Positions 13,293 to 28,041 of a DNA stretch of 64,000 nt are shown here, piece after piece. Position 1 is the stretch's first letter; each line of letters opens with the position of its first letter. Position numbers and translations under genes: made by a program. The notes under the pieces are model-generated. The model saw only the letters and a program-made list of their open reading frames with translations. It did not search any database and had not been told where the DNA came from. This stretch comes from Basidiobolus meristosporus CBS 931.73 (lineage: Eukaryota; Fungi; Basidiobolomycota). The stretch lies in assembly GCA_002104905.1 (NCBI GenBank), contig MCFE01000142.1, positions 1-64,000 of the forward strand, given 5' to 3'.

Positions 13293-14111
13293 TTAGGACT
13301 GAGTTAAAATTGGCTGGATCTCGGACTTCGATGCTGCTTTGATGACAACTGGAGTGACAGCACCGTCCTGCTTCTCTGCATTCAATTTTTCCAATAGGCG
13401 TCGAATCTCAAGGGATTTTGTGGATGTTTGGTCAGCTCTGCGAGAGATGGTGGATGTGAGGACAAGCTTCTGGCGAAAGGTTGGGCTAGTCTCTAGGCGT
13501 CTAGAAATGGCTGAAACCACCCGGTTCAGCTCGGTGAATCTCTCAAACTGCGAAAACAACGAGAGTATCACATCGAGAAGGGCATCGATGACATAGCTAC
13601 AGTAACAGTCGTTGTACTCCAGCAAATCAAGAAGAGAGTCGATGAAATTCTCATCTAGCAACGCGAGGTCTGCACTGGTAAGATTTGGGGACCGGCAAAT
13701 CTCGTCAAGTAGGAGTAGTGCTGGGAGTTGTGTGCCGTAAGCTTGTGTATTCACCGCTTCGTACTTCAGCTTCTTCAGTAGGCTGGATTTTTGCTCCTCG
13801 TTACACCCTTTGGAGTGCTCTTGCAAAACGAAATAGAAAACAGTGTAGATCACATTTAATTCTCTCTCTGAGTGGGTGTGGATACTAATCTCGGTCAGAT
13901 GCTCCACAATTTTATCTTTGTATTCTTCGAAGTAGGCAGCCTCGACAAAAGAATAGCAAGCATTGTGCAGGGTGCTTCCGAAGCTCACAACGTCTTCGTG
14001 TCTCTGGAGGATTGCCAAGAAGGTGGTAAGCACCTGCTTCATATCCTCAGCACAGCTGGGCAACTTAGCGAAGAGAGCGCCGATTTCGTCGTAAAAGTCT
14101 TGTCCGGGCAT
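13293..14111 (-). CDS. Divergent, C-terminally truncated Ldb17/Dip1/SPIN90 (WDS)-like helical protein
   Basis: Intronless 272-aa ORF. LLLDEICRSPNLTSADLALLDENFIDSLLDLLE..Y....LLDVILSLFSQF...NRVVSAISRR...S.TFRQKL resembles the fungal Ldb17 segment LYEMSRIQRLS..DL..IDD.F..L..IIE..Y....L...L..QF..NRV......TFGE (recalled consensus). Confidence 0.6.
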   Translation of the reverse strand: MPGQDFYDEIGALFAKLPSCAEDMKQVLTTFLAILQRHEDVVSFGSTLHNACYSFVEAAYFEEYKDKIVEHLTEISIHTHSERELNVIYTVFYFVLQEHSKGCNEEQKSSLLKKLKYEAVNTQAYGTQLPALLLLDEICRSPNLTSADLALLDENFIDSLLDLLEYNDCYCSYVIDALLDVILSLFSQFERFTELNRVVSAISRRLETSPTFRQKLVLTSTISRRADQTSTKSLEIRRLLEKLNAEKQDGAVTPVVIKAASKSEIQPILTQS

Positions 14112-15880
14112 ATTTGAAAGGAAGCTTGAGATGAAAAGAGAGACTAAGGTGTTGGAATAAAGTCGAAGCAAGTCACTGGGGTTTTATTCCAATCAGGCCC
14201 GGGAAATATCGGCACGCACTTATGGAATACTTGACAGTTGTTTCTGTAATGCGTGCATGTTAGTCCATGCAATTACCTAATATATCGAACTCTAGTCACT
14301 TTCAAGTCATATTGCAATAGGATAACTAGATCTTGTATATTAAAGAGATTAGGACAGTGCCCTGTGTCGCCACTTTTGCGAAGATCTTTCGGAGGTAGGT
14401 CTCAGATGAAAGCGGGTGGATTGGAATTTGCAGACACTGGGTAGGCCGATAGGAAATTTATCCAGTTCAATGTTGTTTGGTCATATTGTGAGCTTGCAAA
14501 GCTAACTATCCTGCCCCTATCTCGTGCATATGTAGATGCATATGGCCTGATGACACTAGGTGTCGCGTCAGAGACGAAGCCAGGCACTGCTTTGTAGCCA
14601 CCACTGGCGGTAAAAACTGGGGGCTGCTGAGGACTTTCAAGAATATAGCAGTTCCCATAGATTGGATTGAATGCATTCTTAGATGGAAGTGGGTTCCACC
14701 GATAAGATCTCATTGATCGTACGACAGATGGTTTCATAACACTATATTAACTGTTGGAGAGAGTTACTGAATGAGGTTACGGCACGCTCGACTCTAACTT
14801 GGTATTAAAGTGCTTAAAAGGATGTCAATGACTGGCATGCTGTCTGTCAGTTGGTTAGAAAAGTACCGAGTCCGCACTTCCTAGATTGGCATTTCAGAAA
14901 TCGGCTGATGCCTAGATTATATCCATGTGATAATCTCAGTTTGAACCTATGTATGTTGCTTAAAATTAGTCCGATTTGGCCAGACATTGGTATATCCGAA
15001 CGGGGCACGCCTTCCAAGTCAGCTGATCTCATCTTCCCTCCCACGTGCAATGTCAATTCTAGTAGCATACAAAGATGAAGACAGAACAAGAAGTTGCTTG
15101 GTTGTTTTCTCCCTCCAGGTAAAATGATCGGTTCAGGTACTATTCTCGGGCTTAGTTTATGAGATCTACATATCTTATCAACGCTCTTCTCGATAGGATA
15201 ATGATGGATTGGGGGATTCCTATTCTCATGTACCTGCATTGAGTGGAAATGAAGCTCTACAAGTCTAATTGCTGCGCAAATAACTATTCTTGTCCCCAGC
15301 CTTGTATAGTGTTAAGCAATGTTTAAGCATGATCAACCAATCGTACTAAATTTACGAGTAAGATTTGTATCGATCACGCTCAAATTTTGGGACGAAGTGA
15401 TTTGATCCGCCTTCATATAATATGCTCATAGTTCACGATATATTGGACTCGACCTACCAACAATCATCAGTAGTTGTGTGATATCAGTGGAAATCGCGCT
15501 CTTTCAAAATGCTTGGGAAAGAAATCACATGAGTGAAGGCTTAGAGTGGCTTAGACTTGGCATAAATACCGCCTCTAAACATAACAGTGACAATAGGGGC
15601 TATTGCTGAATTTCAGTTTGATGCAACGAAGATTCCGTGCGAGTTCTCCATCATAGTATGGAAGCAAATATGCATATTAAAACCGGGTAGTGAACAACTC
15701 ATTGCTGCGACTACCTAAACACACTACGTCTCCCTCAGCACCAATGCTCTCTTCTGAGAAACCATTTAAGACTGGTGGCTTAGCAATTTCGTTATTTCCA
15801 TCACCATTGATATGTTGACGTGTAGGATCTCATTGGCGGAACAGTATATAATACAACTTGTAATTGGAGCTTCTGGAATA

Positions 15881-15888
15881 TATAAATA
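15881..15888 (+). promoter_or_regulatory. TATA box upstream of fasciclin gene
   Basis: TATAAATA 130 bp upstream of ATG 16011. Confidence 0.45.
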
Positions 15889-16010
15889 CTCCATGATGGG
15901 ATGCGTACACCCACATCTTTGTCTCCAAGAACTTCTCCTTGCTCTATAAACTTACCCTGGACATTAATCTACTGACTGAAGTTCCAAAAATTACTTATTT
16001 CTTTGAAAAC

Positions 16011-17855
16011 ATGGCTCAATTTCTTGATTATTCTTCCGACGAAGATGATTTCACCATAAATGGGCCTCGCGGTGGTAATCGTCGCTCAAAGACTGTGCTC
16101 GACATCCTTGCAAATGACCGCCGTTTCAGTCGTCTTGTCACCGGATTGTCCAACAACCGCCAACTAAAGAGTGATCTTACCGATCCCAGAGCGGAGTTTA
16201 CCATCTTTGCGCCAACTGATGATGCTTTCAACAAGTTGAAGAAAGATCTGAAGCATGAGCCAAGTGATGACGAACTCAGGGATATCCTCCAGTATCACAT
16301 CGTTCCGGACTTCGTCAAATCACGGGACATCAAGAAGAAAGGATTCGCCCTCATCAAAACCTCTTTGGAGTTGAGAAGCTTGAACAGGCATCCTCAACGT
16401 ATCTACCTGAGCGAGGAATCCGATGGCAAGATACTGATTAACAACAAAGTACAAGTATCTGAGGCTGATATCGAAGCCTCCAATGGGTTAATCCACGCCA
16501 TTGAGGAGGTTTTGCTGCCTCCCAAAAAATTAAACGATCAAATTAACCAATATTCCAATCAATTCTCCATTGCCCTGAAAGCATTCAAGGATACCGGTCT
16601 CTTGGACAAGATTAAGGACGAAGAAGGAATCACGATATTCCTCCCAACCGATGCTGCTTTCCGTAATCTTGGCTGCGGGGCAACCAGCTACTTGTTTTCG
16701 GACAAAGGAAAAGACGATCTCAAGAAAATCCTTCAGCTTCACATCAGTAAGAAACTAGCCTATTCCACTTCCATCATTGGTCAGGAGGGGGAGCGTGATG
16801 GCCGCAGAAGACGTGACGATGATTCCGGCCACGGAAGAAGAGACGATAGGGACTATGAGCGCCCCAGAAGAGGAGGAAGATATGACGACGATGATGACTA
16901 TGGCCGCGGAAGAAGACATGGTGGAGATCATGACAATTACCCCAGAAGAGGTAGAGGTGGTGGTAATTATGATGATGATGATGATTATGGCCGTGGAAGA
17001 AGACATGGTGGTGATCATGAGAACTATCCAAGAAGAGGTAGAGGCGGAGGACACTATGATGATGACGATGACTATGGCCGTGGCCGTGGCAGAAGACATG
17101 GAGGCTACGAAGATGATTACCCCAGAAGAGGAAGAGGACGCTATGAGGATGATGATGATTACGGTCGTGGAAGAAGACGTGGTGGTTACGAGGAGCACCC
17201 CAGACCCAGGCCGGGAAGAGGCTATGATGATGACTATGACAGGGACTATCCTCATAGACGACAGGGCCGCAGAGGACGTTTCGATGACGATGATGATTAC
17301 AATCGTCCAGGAAATGGTCGCCGAGGAAACTGGGACGATGACTACAACGACCCCTACGAGCGCCGCCGCCCAAGACACGGTAATGGGCGCCGCGGTTGGG
17401 ACTCGGATGAAGACTGGAGTCTCTCCACCGTTGACGGACAAAGATCAACCAACACCGGTAAGCGTGACAGAAGAGGCCATCAGGATTGGGATGACGAGGA
17501 CGACCAAGATTGGGACCGCCACCGCCGTGGATCCCACGACGACTGGGAGGACGACGAAGACTGGGATAGACACCGCAGAGGGGACAGTCGTAACCGTCGC
17601 GAGCGAGAGCATAATGAGCCTTTTGAGAATCGGGTTCAGTTGCCCACTGCGCTCAAGAATGAAGATATTGAAATTGATGTTGTTGGCTTGAAGAGGCATA
17701 TTGACATCAGTATCAACCATCAAGCTCGCTTATTGCTAAGTGACGGACTTGCATCCAATGGGGTGTTCCACGCTATCGACAATGTTCTAATTCCAAGGGA
17801 TGTAAGCCTCCCTAAACTTACATGGTCTAACATTAACGAAGACTGTAAAATCTAA
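16011..17855 (+). CDS. Two-FAS1 (fasciclin) domain protein; second domain interrupted by a R/G/D/Y/H-rich repeat; no evident signal peptide
   Basis: H1 motifs TIFAPTDDAF and TIFLPTDAAF; H2 motifs ASNGLIHAIEEVLLP and ASNGVFHAIDNVLIP; intronless. Confidence 0.9.
   Translation: MAQFLDYSSDEDDFTINGPRGGNRRSKTVLDILANDRRFSRLVTGLSNNRQLKSDLTDPRAEFTIFAPTDDAFNKLKKDLKHEPSDDELRDILQYHIVPDFVKSRDIKKKGFALIKTSLELRSLNRHPQRIYLSEESDGKILINNKVQVSEADIEASNGLIHAIEEVLLPPKKLNDQINQYSNQFSIALKAFKDTGLLDKIKDEEGITIFLPTDAAFRNLGCGATSYLFSDKGKDDLKKILQLHISKKLAYSTSIIGQEGERDGRRRRDDDSGHGRRDDRDYERPRRGGRYDDDDDYGRGRRHGGDHDNYPRRGRGGGNYDDDDDYGRGRRHGGDHENYPRRGRGGGHYDDDDDYGRGRGRRHGGYEDDYPRRGRGRYEDDDDYGRGRRRGGYEEHPRPRPGRGYDDDYDRDYPHRRQGRRGRFDDDDDYNRPGNGRRGNWDDDYNDPYERRRPRHGNGRRGWDSDEDWSLSTVDGQRSTNTGKRDRRGHQDWDDEDDQDWDRHRRGSHDDWEDDEDWDRHRRGDSRNRREREHNEPFENRVQLPTALKNEDIEIDVVGLKRHIDISINHQARLLLSDGLASNGVFHAIDNVLIPRDVSLPKLTWSNINEDCKI
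16780..17630 (+). repeat. Coding tandem repeat, ~87-bp unit (YDDDDDYGRGRRHGGDH.NYPRRGRGGG.), degenerating 3'
   Basis: About four well-conserved units differ mostly at synonymous positions (GAC/GAT, CGC/CGT, TAC/TAT). Confidence 0.9.
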
Positions 17856-18440
17856 GTTGCAGCCCCTAAGCCAGTCGTTTCCTGGGTTTTCGTTTTACCA
17901 ACCAAGGGAGAAAATCCTTGTATTATCCTGTAGTAGGCATCAATGCTATCACTTCTGATCAAAACTATCGTATTTCATACAGAATAAATGCGCTATTCTT
18001 ATTCTGGGTTGTAGAATTGGCAGCGAATTCGTTGGTATAGGTGGCTTGTCGAGATCCCAATGGCCGATCTTGGCAACTGGGCATTCTGCCGAAATTCCAA
18101 TATGCTGGCCAGCATAATCCAACTAGTAAGTCGCAGAATAAGCGCTGATGTAGGCTTGTTGCACGTCTATGTACACTTGCGATGAATGTCGCCAATAGTC
18201 CGAAGAAATTCAGGGTGTGCAGATCATTCTATCTCTTCGAAATCAACCACATGCCGCAAGCTTCGTAAGAAATTTCGCATAGAATGGCGAAATGGTGTAT
18301 GCAGTTGTGGGGAATATTGCCCTATTGAGTATGCATCGTGGTATGGTGGAAAAGTTGTGCTAATGCTTCTAGACTAGTATTCATGGCGCAGACTAGCATT
18401 GTATCGGCTCGCAGGGTGCGGTTATGATGGGCGCTCGCTT

Positions 18441-18449
18441 TATATAAAG
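18441..18449 (+). promoter_or_regulatory. TATA box upstream of small secreted protein gene
   Basis: TATATAAAG 118 bp upstream of ATG 18559. Confidence 0.45.
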
Positions 18450-18558
18450 CCAACCCTTCCAGGGCTAGCTTTTCCAAATTTCGTTTTCACTGGGTGGCTT
18501 TCAGTCGATAACAACATCCCACTTCCCCTGGATTAATATTGGCCCGAACAGAAAGAGC

Positions 18559-18984
18559 ATGCGCCCATTTCATAGTTTCCTTGGGATTTTTTGTGTCTTG
18601 ACATGTCTCAGTCAGCTCGCCTCGTTTTCTGATGCTCAAGGCTTTCCATCTAGCTTTTCATCAGCCTCGAGTTCAGTTGGGGTGATCGATTCAAGCCAAC
18701 CTACCGCGGCAGTATCCGCTGGAACTTTGAACCCTGTACCATCCACTCCACTGATAATAGAAACAACCACCATCCTTGTCCTACCCACAATATCGTCCTC
18801 CATGTCAAGTCAATCACACAAAGGACCTATACACACCCGCTCCGAGTTGAAATCATCCACGCATACGGCAAGCGCGGTGTACGCTGACACAACGGCGTCA
18901 CCGCGGGCCATTAGCGCAAGTGATGCATGCCATCCAGTGCTTTATCTCATGCTACTAAGCGTGGCGTCCACAATATTTAGTTGA
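18559..18984 (+). CDS. Small secreted Ser/Thr-rich, probably GPI-anchored cell-surface protein (141 aa)
   Basis: N-terminal signal-like MRPFHSFLGIFCVLTCLSQLASFSDA, S/T-rich core, and C-terminal SDA + spacer + hydrophobic tail with no cytosolic extension. Confidence 0.7.
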   Translation: MRPFHSFLGIFCVLTCLSQLASFSDAQGFPSSFSSASSSVGVIDSSQPTAAVSAGTLNPVPSTPLIIETTTILVLPTISSSMSSQSHKGPIHTRSELKSSTHTASAVYADTTASPRAISASDACHPVLYLMLLSVASTIFS

Positions 18985-20127
18985 AGATCCAGGGGTACAG
19001 GGGTGCTAGTAGTTGAAATAGAATTCATGTTAGACTCTCGAATGTTTGCTCAACAATTCCAAGAAGTAAATTAAATTCTACAATGTGTACTATAGCCAAA
19101 CTATTGCAATGTACCAGTAGGGTGATCCTGGCTTTGGTTGGTTCGGTGTTGCCCACCCTAGCCGAAGCGAATGGCTTCATGTAGTCTGGGAACCTGGGTA
19201 AATCATTGAGTTTTCCACCGTCATTGTGCGCGTGCAATTAATGCTCGAGCCAGGGTTGATACAAACAACACAAACACTATCCATTGTGATGATGCCAGAA
19301 CAATCAGTGATGGTGTTCCCGCCACTCGAATTCATAACCAGATTTCATTTAGCTCCCGGCAAGAGCTCATTGTGATGAATAACAATGCTTGTTGTACCTA
19401 CTGGACGCACAATATCGTAGTTAGACTTGAATGTGCATTAGCTTCAAGTTCAATATGATCTCTTTACAATGCGTTTCTAGTTAGATCATCTGGCGTGGAC
19501 CCAGTAATCTGAGGAATCTTCGCAGTCACTATTGCTGTTACAAGCAAACAATAAGCATGGAAAGCATATGTATTGAGCAACAATCGCTTGCTGTAGGCCT
19601 CTATGTACTTCCTAGGTGTGTTACTGCAAGTAGGCCGATACCTTTCCTGGGTGCAGGCCGTGTATATACCTAATCTACCAATGGCATGCAGACGTCCTAG
19701 GGATTTCACCAATTCATAATCTACAATCCTCGGTAATGCAATGGCTGCATAGGCTGCAACGTTTCAATCAGCAAGTAAGTTTAAGGCTTCAATGACTTTT
19801 TTATTCGAGGCATGGCTTCCCTTGTTGCACTCATACGCGCACTCATCCTACCCATTGTTCAGGTAATTTCCCTTGCATCTCTCACCCTGAACAGGATTTT
19901 CTGACTGGTATGGAGTGTCATTGACACGCTCCCGATTCCTGCTTTGTTACTGAGCATCTCATAGCTGGGATTTCATAAAAGCTCGACGCTGCCCCAAGCG
20001 GATCGCTTTTTCGTGACTCTGGCCTATCTCCCATTATCTCCGCTCCTTGACTATTCCTGACAGCGGACTTCATCTCTTCAGCCTCGCCCCGAACCACCCT
20101 AAACCACGCATATCCCCAAATAGGAGT

Positions 20128-21099
20128 ATGAACTCGTTCAAAAAAGTCTTTCGAAAGCCAAAATTCTCTGGCGAACTGAGGGCCAATTCTTTAGATGGCG
20201 GGCCGTTTACATCATCAACACAGTACACACACCAAAATAAATCTTCCGATGAGGTGCGGCTAAAGAAAGGGACATACAGCATCCAAGGGTATCACAAATC
20301 CCTACCTTCTTCCACCAGCTCACTCTCTAATCTGATCCCTCCCTCAACTTCCAAAAGCACCCCATCACTGTCCACCAAGGGGCACGCAAACGACGGGGAG
20401 GATTTTTCCGCCTGGGTGCCGTACCAGAATGTAGATAAAACGAAGTCGGCCTCCACCCTGGCCGACGGATATGTTCAGAAAGCCATATACTGTCATGAAC
20501 GGAACGAGCTGGAAAAGGCGGCGCATTTCTTCCGACTCGCCGCCTGCCAAGGATCCCCGGTAGGGTTGTTCTTGTATGGGATCTCTCTCAGGCATGGTTG
20601 GGTAAGGGGTTTCTGCTATTTCCGGGATTGCGACGGATCGAGATCTAGTTTCGTCCAGTTGAGCCAAACCCTGGGTGTTTCCAGCGCCTACTAACCAGTG
20701 ATTTTGTAGGGGTGTAAGGCGAATCCGCAGGTGGCCTTCCAGTGCCTTCAGAAGGCGGCGGAATGCGCGGTGTTCGATCTGAATAACCTGACAAACAACA
20801 CGAATCTCTCTGCAGCCAAGCATGAGCTAGTTCTGGCTATCTACGAGCTTGGCGTCTGCTTCCAGAATGGCTGGGGCGTATCTAAAAACAAAGCTACCGC
20901 TGCATACTACTTCGAGATTGCTGCCAATCTGGGGGATCCGGATGCGCAGAACGACCTGGCCTTTTGCTATCTCCACGGACACGGGGTCAAGAAGGATCAA
21001 TACAAGGCGGCCAAATACTACCGGATGGCATATGCCCAGGGACTGGGGGTGGTAGGGAACAGTTGGATATTTAAAGAGAAGTACGACAATGTTGCCTGA
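20128..21099 (+). CDS. DSF2: Sel1-repeat protein, DSF2/Nif1-like; intron 20602-20709 (alternative TTG start 20047)
   Basis: GLFLYGISLRHGW|GC, LAIYELGVCFQNGWGV.KNK..A..YFEIAANLGDPDAQ, GNSWIFKEKY. Confidence 0.8.
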
Positions 21100-21882
21100 G
21101 CCTGGACGCCCACAGGATACTCGCCTCACGCTCGCCTGCAACCCTGGATATCACTGACACCCACTTGCCCTTGGCTTCATATACATATTCTATTTCTGTA
21201 AACTTGCTTCACTCTGCCCAGATTATTTACCCTACCTCCCACATTAAGCGGTCTGCCTTTCCAAACAGTTCTAGCATCCTCCATCTTGTTGACTTCTACA
21301 TCCTTACACCCAGTGGCCCATTTAAATACAACTCTGTTTCAAATACTAGCCGTGCGTATGGTTTCCTGATCCAACCGGAATCATACCAGTATGTGATCTG
21401 CTGCGGCAAAAGCTGCCTCTATCCCATTCTTCCAAGTTGGGAATCTTGGAATTATCCCTAGACATGAGGGGAGATACTCGAGCGCCGACAATCGGGATTT
21501 CCTGGGGGTTTTCATCAGTAGTGTCAACGTACCCAGAGCCATGAAATCGTGTAGGTGCAGGAGCGGTAATTGATAATGTGAAAGGTTGTTGGGAGTGGGG
21601 TCTCTCCTTCAGTTGGCAAGCCACTCCTAGTCAAACTCCTACTGAGCCAGGAAAATAAGCAAACCAATGTAGCTCTGATTCGACTGGCCATTGCTTGGCG
21701 CATTGTTTTGCACTTGGTTGGACTTGAATATTTTTTTCAATTTTCAGTCGAACCGCATACGTCTGGTTCATCATGATTGACTGTTAAATACGCTGATTTC
21801 CGATGCAGTCTCAATTGATATAAAACCATTGGCGATCCCGCCCCGCGTCCCTTCTGCTCGGACGAAGTCGCTGGTAAACAGG

Positions 21883-24950
<3,068 letters not shown>

Positions 24951-25516
24951 ACGTTAAGTGACGAATACTACGAAACCCAAGCAAGCAAGTGCACTCAACA
25001 CTGTACAAGTGATAGACGCTATATCATACACATGGATGAATAAAAAGAAAGACATAAACCTCCAAATTGGATGGCCAGGACCCTCGCGACGTTCAAAATA
25101 TCTCAGGTAATGCCCATGCGTACTACAAGTGCTGGCCACGCATTGGAAAAACGGGTTCATTTAAGTGTAGCAGGGGCTTCACACAGTCAGGTTTATAAAA
25201 CAGGGTATCTAAACAGCGTAACGACTGGCATTGAGGAAACGGGTGGAAAGCGAAGGGAATATGTATAAAAGTTATAGTGGGCAATAAAGTAAAGATGTCC
25301 AACAAAAAAGAGGTAGATTTCAATCATGGGGGGGGGGATTTCTCGGGGAGCCTGGAGGCCCATACTGCCCGGGTCCCCTCAGCCAAGGATCTGGTTGGCT
25401 TAGATAAGAGCTTGCCTGAAGAGAATACTTCGCGTGATCTTAAGTAGGAAAGCAAAGAAGGCCACTCCGGCTACTAAAGGCGTGCACCGGTGGCTCCGCA
25501 CTGAGCGGGTATGACC

Positions 25517-26890
25517 TTACCACTCAGCGTAGTGATTCATTGACCGCGAATATACCAAGCGATTAGGCAGCGTTAGGCTACGACGAAGGGTTGCATTGAT
25601 GGGAATTGACCTCGCCATAGGAGACTTGCACGAAGGCTGGTGCTGAAAGAAGATTATTCTCGGGCCCAGCTTGCCTTGATCAATAGCTACCTTGGAAGTG
25701 GATTCCATGGGCTTGGTTTTGTGGAAATTTTTATTCTTACCCCGCGAAAGTGTGCGGTTCAGCTGGTGGCTAAAGGAATGAGAAACAGCGGTTTTGCTTC
25801 GTTTAATGTTTGCACCTGGCCTATGCGGTTTACCCGATCCTCTTGCCGCCGGGCCTTTGCTGGTCCGATTCTCGCATGCCGGGTGGGTCATACTCAATCG
25901 GTGGTGATTTCTGATCAGACAGGCGACCACCGATTGGGATGCCTTGTACTCTTCAGGACTGAGCTCATGATGGGGGTGTGCCAAAATACATGGCTGGAAC
26001 ACAGAGGCCAGGTTGGTGGTGTTCATCAGAGTCTGGTCTGCCTGTTCGGCAAAGAAAGCCAGTAGGTCCAAGATGTAAATAAGCAAGGCCTGGTGCGCGC
26101 GAGGCAGGTACACCATGGAGGCCTGGAAAGCGCGGATTAAGCCCTCATCATCCTGTTGATACTCCTCTGCAGAAATAGTTAGCATGGCGTGGGGGGCTTG
26201 ATGGATGCATGATCATACTGACCATAGACCTTCCGGAATAGATAGTAAAGCTGATGAACAATTACTGGCTCTGGCAGGCTGTTCAGATACCTACGGAGAA
26301 GATTGGCGGCATCGTGGACCGTGTAGCTCTCAAAGGAGAGACTTTGCCCATAGTCAGGCCCCGAATCAAACAATGCCTGAATCTCATTGACCCGCTTTGC
26401 TGACCCATTCACCCGAAAGATCCCTTTGGTGCCTTGGGCTGTCTCGGTCGTAATGGAGTTAGAGAAACTACCGGGCTCAAGTGAACGGTGGCGGCCACAA
26501 ACCATACTCTCTTAGGTACTCCGCGCACTTCACTATCACCACTGGCATGGTATAACATAGGCATTCCTCATCTGGTCGGATATTGATTTCGACACCAGCG
26601 TAGAGGATGGACGACGATACCGGGACTCCGAATATCGCCTTGGGGATCTCCTGGGGCGGGATCACTGCGGACGAATTAGTGCCCGGTACATACCGATAGC
26701 CACTCCGCCACTTACCCTTCCACCTGATTTTCTTGAGGTTCAGCTTTCTTGCCGAGGCTACTTTAGTCCTGGTGACTACATTTTTCCAATGACCCTTGAG
26801 CGTCGTTATCGCCACTACATCGTGTTTCCTTCGAAAAAATTCGACTACATGCTCCCAGCGAGAGCGTCTGGATTTACACATGGGGATCAT
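25517..26890 (-). CDS. RhoGAP, Sac7/Bag7-like; introns 26439-26502 and 26167-26222; may extend upstream to ATG 27165
   Basis: IFGVPV, PVVIVKCAEYL, GIFRVNGSAKR (arginine finger), HDAANLLRRYLNSLPEPVI, M.TTNLASVFQP. Confidence 0.9.
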
Positions 26891-28041
26891 TCTGCTGGCA
26901 ACTCCGTACGTGTTCTGGGCCGGGCGGAGAGAGGTTGCGCGAATAGCACCTGGCTGGGGAGACGATTGATCTTAACCCTCCGAAATAGGTACAGGATGAG
27001 TTGAACGGAGCCAGAGAGTGGTTTCGATGGGTTGGTGATCGCTGGGAAGGGGAAGTGAGTGCTATGAATCCCCAAGGGATTTCTATTGCTGAGCGATGGC
27101 TCTGTCACGAAGAGGGGCTCTGACACCACGAGTGTATTGTTGGATGAAGCACGTTCCTTAGGCATTGCTTTGTTTGTTGCCTTGTTTGGCCGAAGACGAT
27201 GCTATTGGCACTCGAGAGGTATCGATGATGACGAGCCCGGTTGGGTTGCATCGCAGGATCTACCGCATGCAACTCTCATTGCAGGCATGAGTGAATGCTC
27301 TGGACGTCCACCAAAGACACATCTCAGCGGATCGAATGAAGGGCCGAACCAACATCGCGCAGGATGTGTATCTGGTTGGTCAACTGGGTTTATTTGGTGA
27401 TTATAGTCCTCGCCATACACTCCAGCCAGATGATGATCTAAATATCAAGGGGTTCGCAACCATCTGCAGCATGACGATCACCCTCAGAGGTGCCCTAAGA
27501 ACACCGCCCAAGATTTGGTGGGTCATGACAGCATCAAGGGGGATACAATGGTATGAACAGCAAACTGGTGAAACCGGTTCAGAAATGGATTGTACAAAGC
27601 GAAGGAACTCATGGGTCCATGGCCATCGAATGTTGGGCAGCAGTGTGGTAGAAAATCAAAGATCCGCCTCGATGCAGGTGCAGAGCATGCACTAGCAGAG
27701 GCTTTCAGATAGGTAGAGTGAAGCGGATGAAAGTGACACACTAACCCTAACTTCTAGGCGCAAGCAGACAACGCGCCCCCACACTGCATCTTCCCCCGAT
27801 TAGTGGCGGACCAGATGTTCCTTTAGGAAGGTTTGTGTCTCGAGTGAGTTCAATAATTGCGTATTTTGTTCTGATACTCAGCGGGAGAAAGTTGCTGCTG
27901 GTTACTGTAGAATGTGATAACGCCAAATGACATGGTACAAGAGTGTCGGATAGATCATCGATATGGGGTTCGTTGGGAAAGAAGGTCAGGCCAGGATACT
28001 AGTCTTGTGATCCGTTACGGGTCCGCCAGATTCATGTCGCC

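Noticed and set aside
14402-15239. Two minus-strand ORFs (111 and 130 aa) upstream of the Ldb17-like gene
   Set aside because: No motifs, different frames, lengths compatible with chance
16755-17691. Long alternative-frame and antisense ORFs (His-rich 224 aa, 228 aa, 304 aa) over the fasciclin repeat
   Set aside because: Explained by the repeat's codon composition; synonymous variation preserves the FAS1 frame
19025-19720. Stop-interrupted minus frame that looked like a secreted Cys/Thr-rich protein
   Set aside because: Stop spacing is only slightly above random and no family was recognised
27741-27755. Interstitial telomeric repeat (CTAACCCTAAC)
   Set aside because: Fewer than two full units; expected by chance
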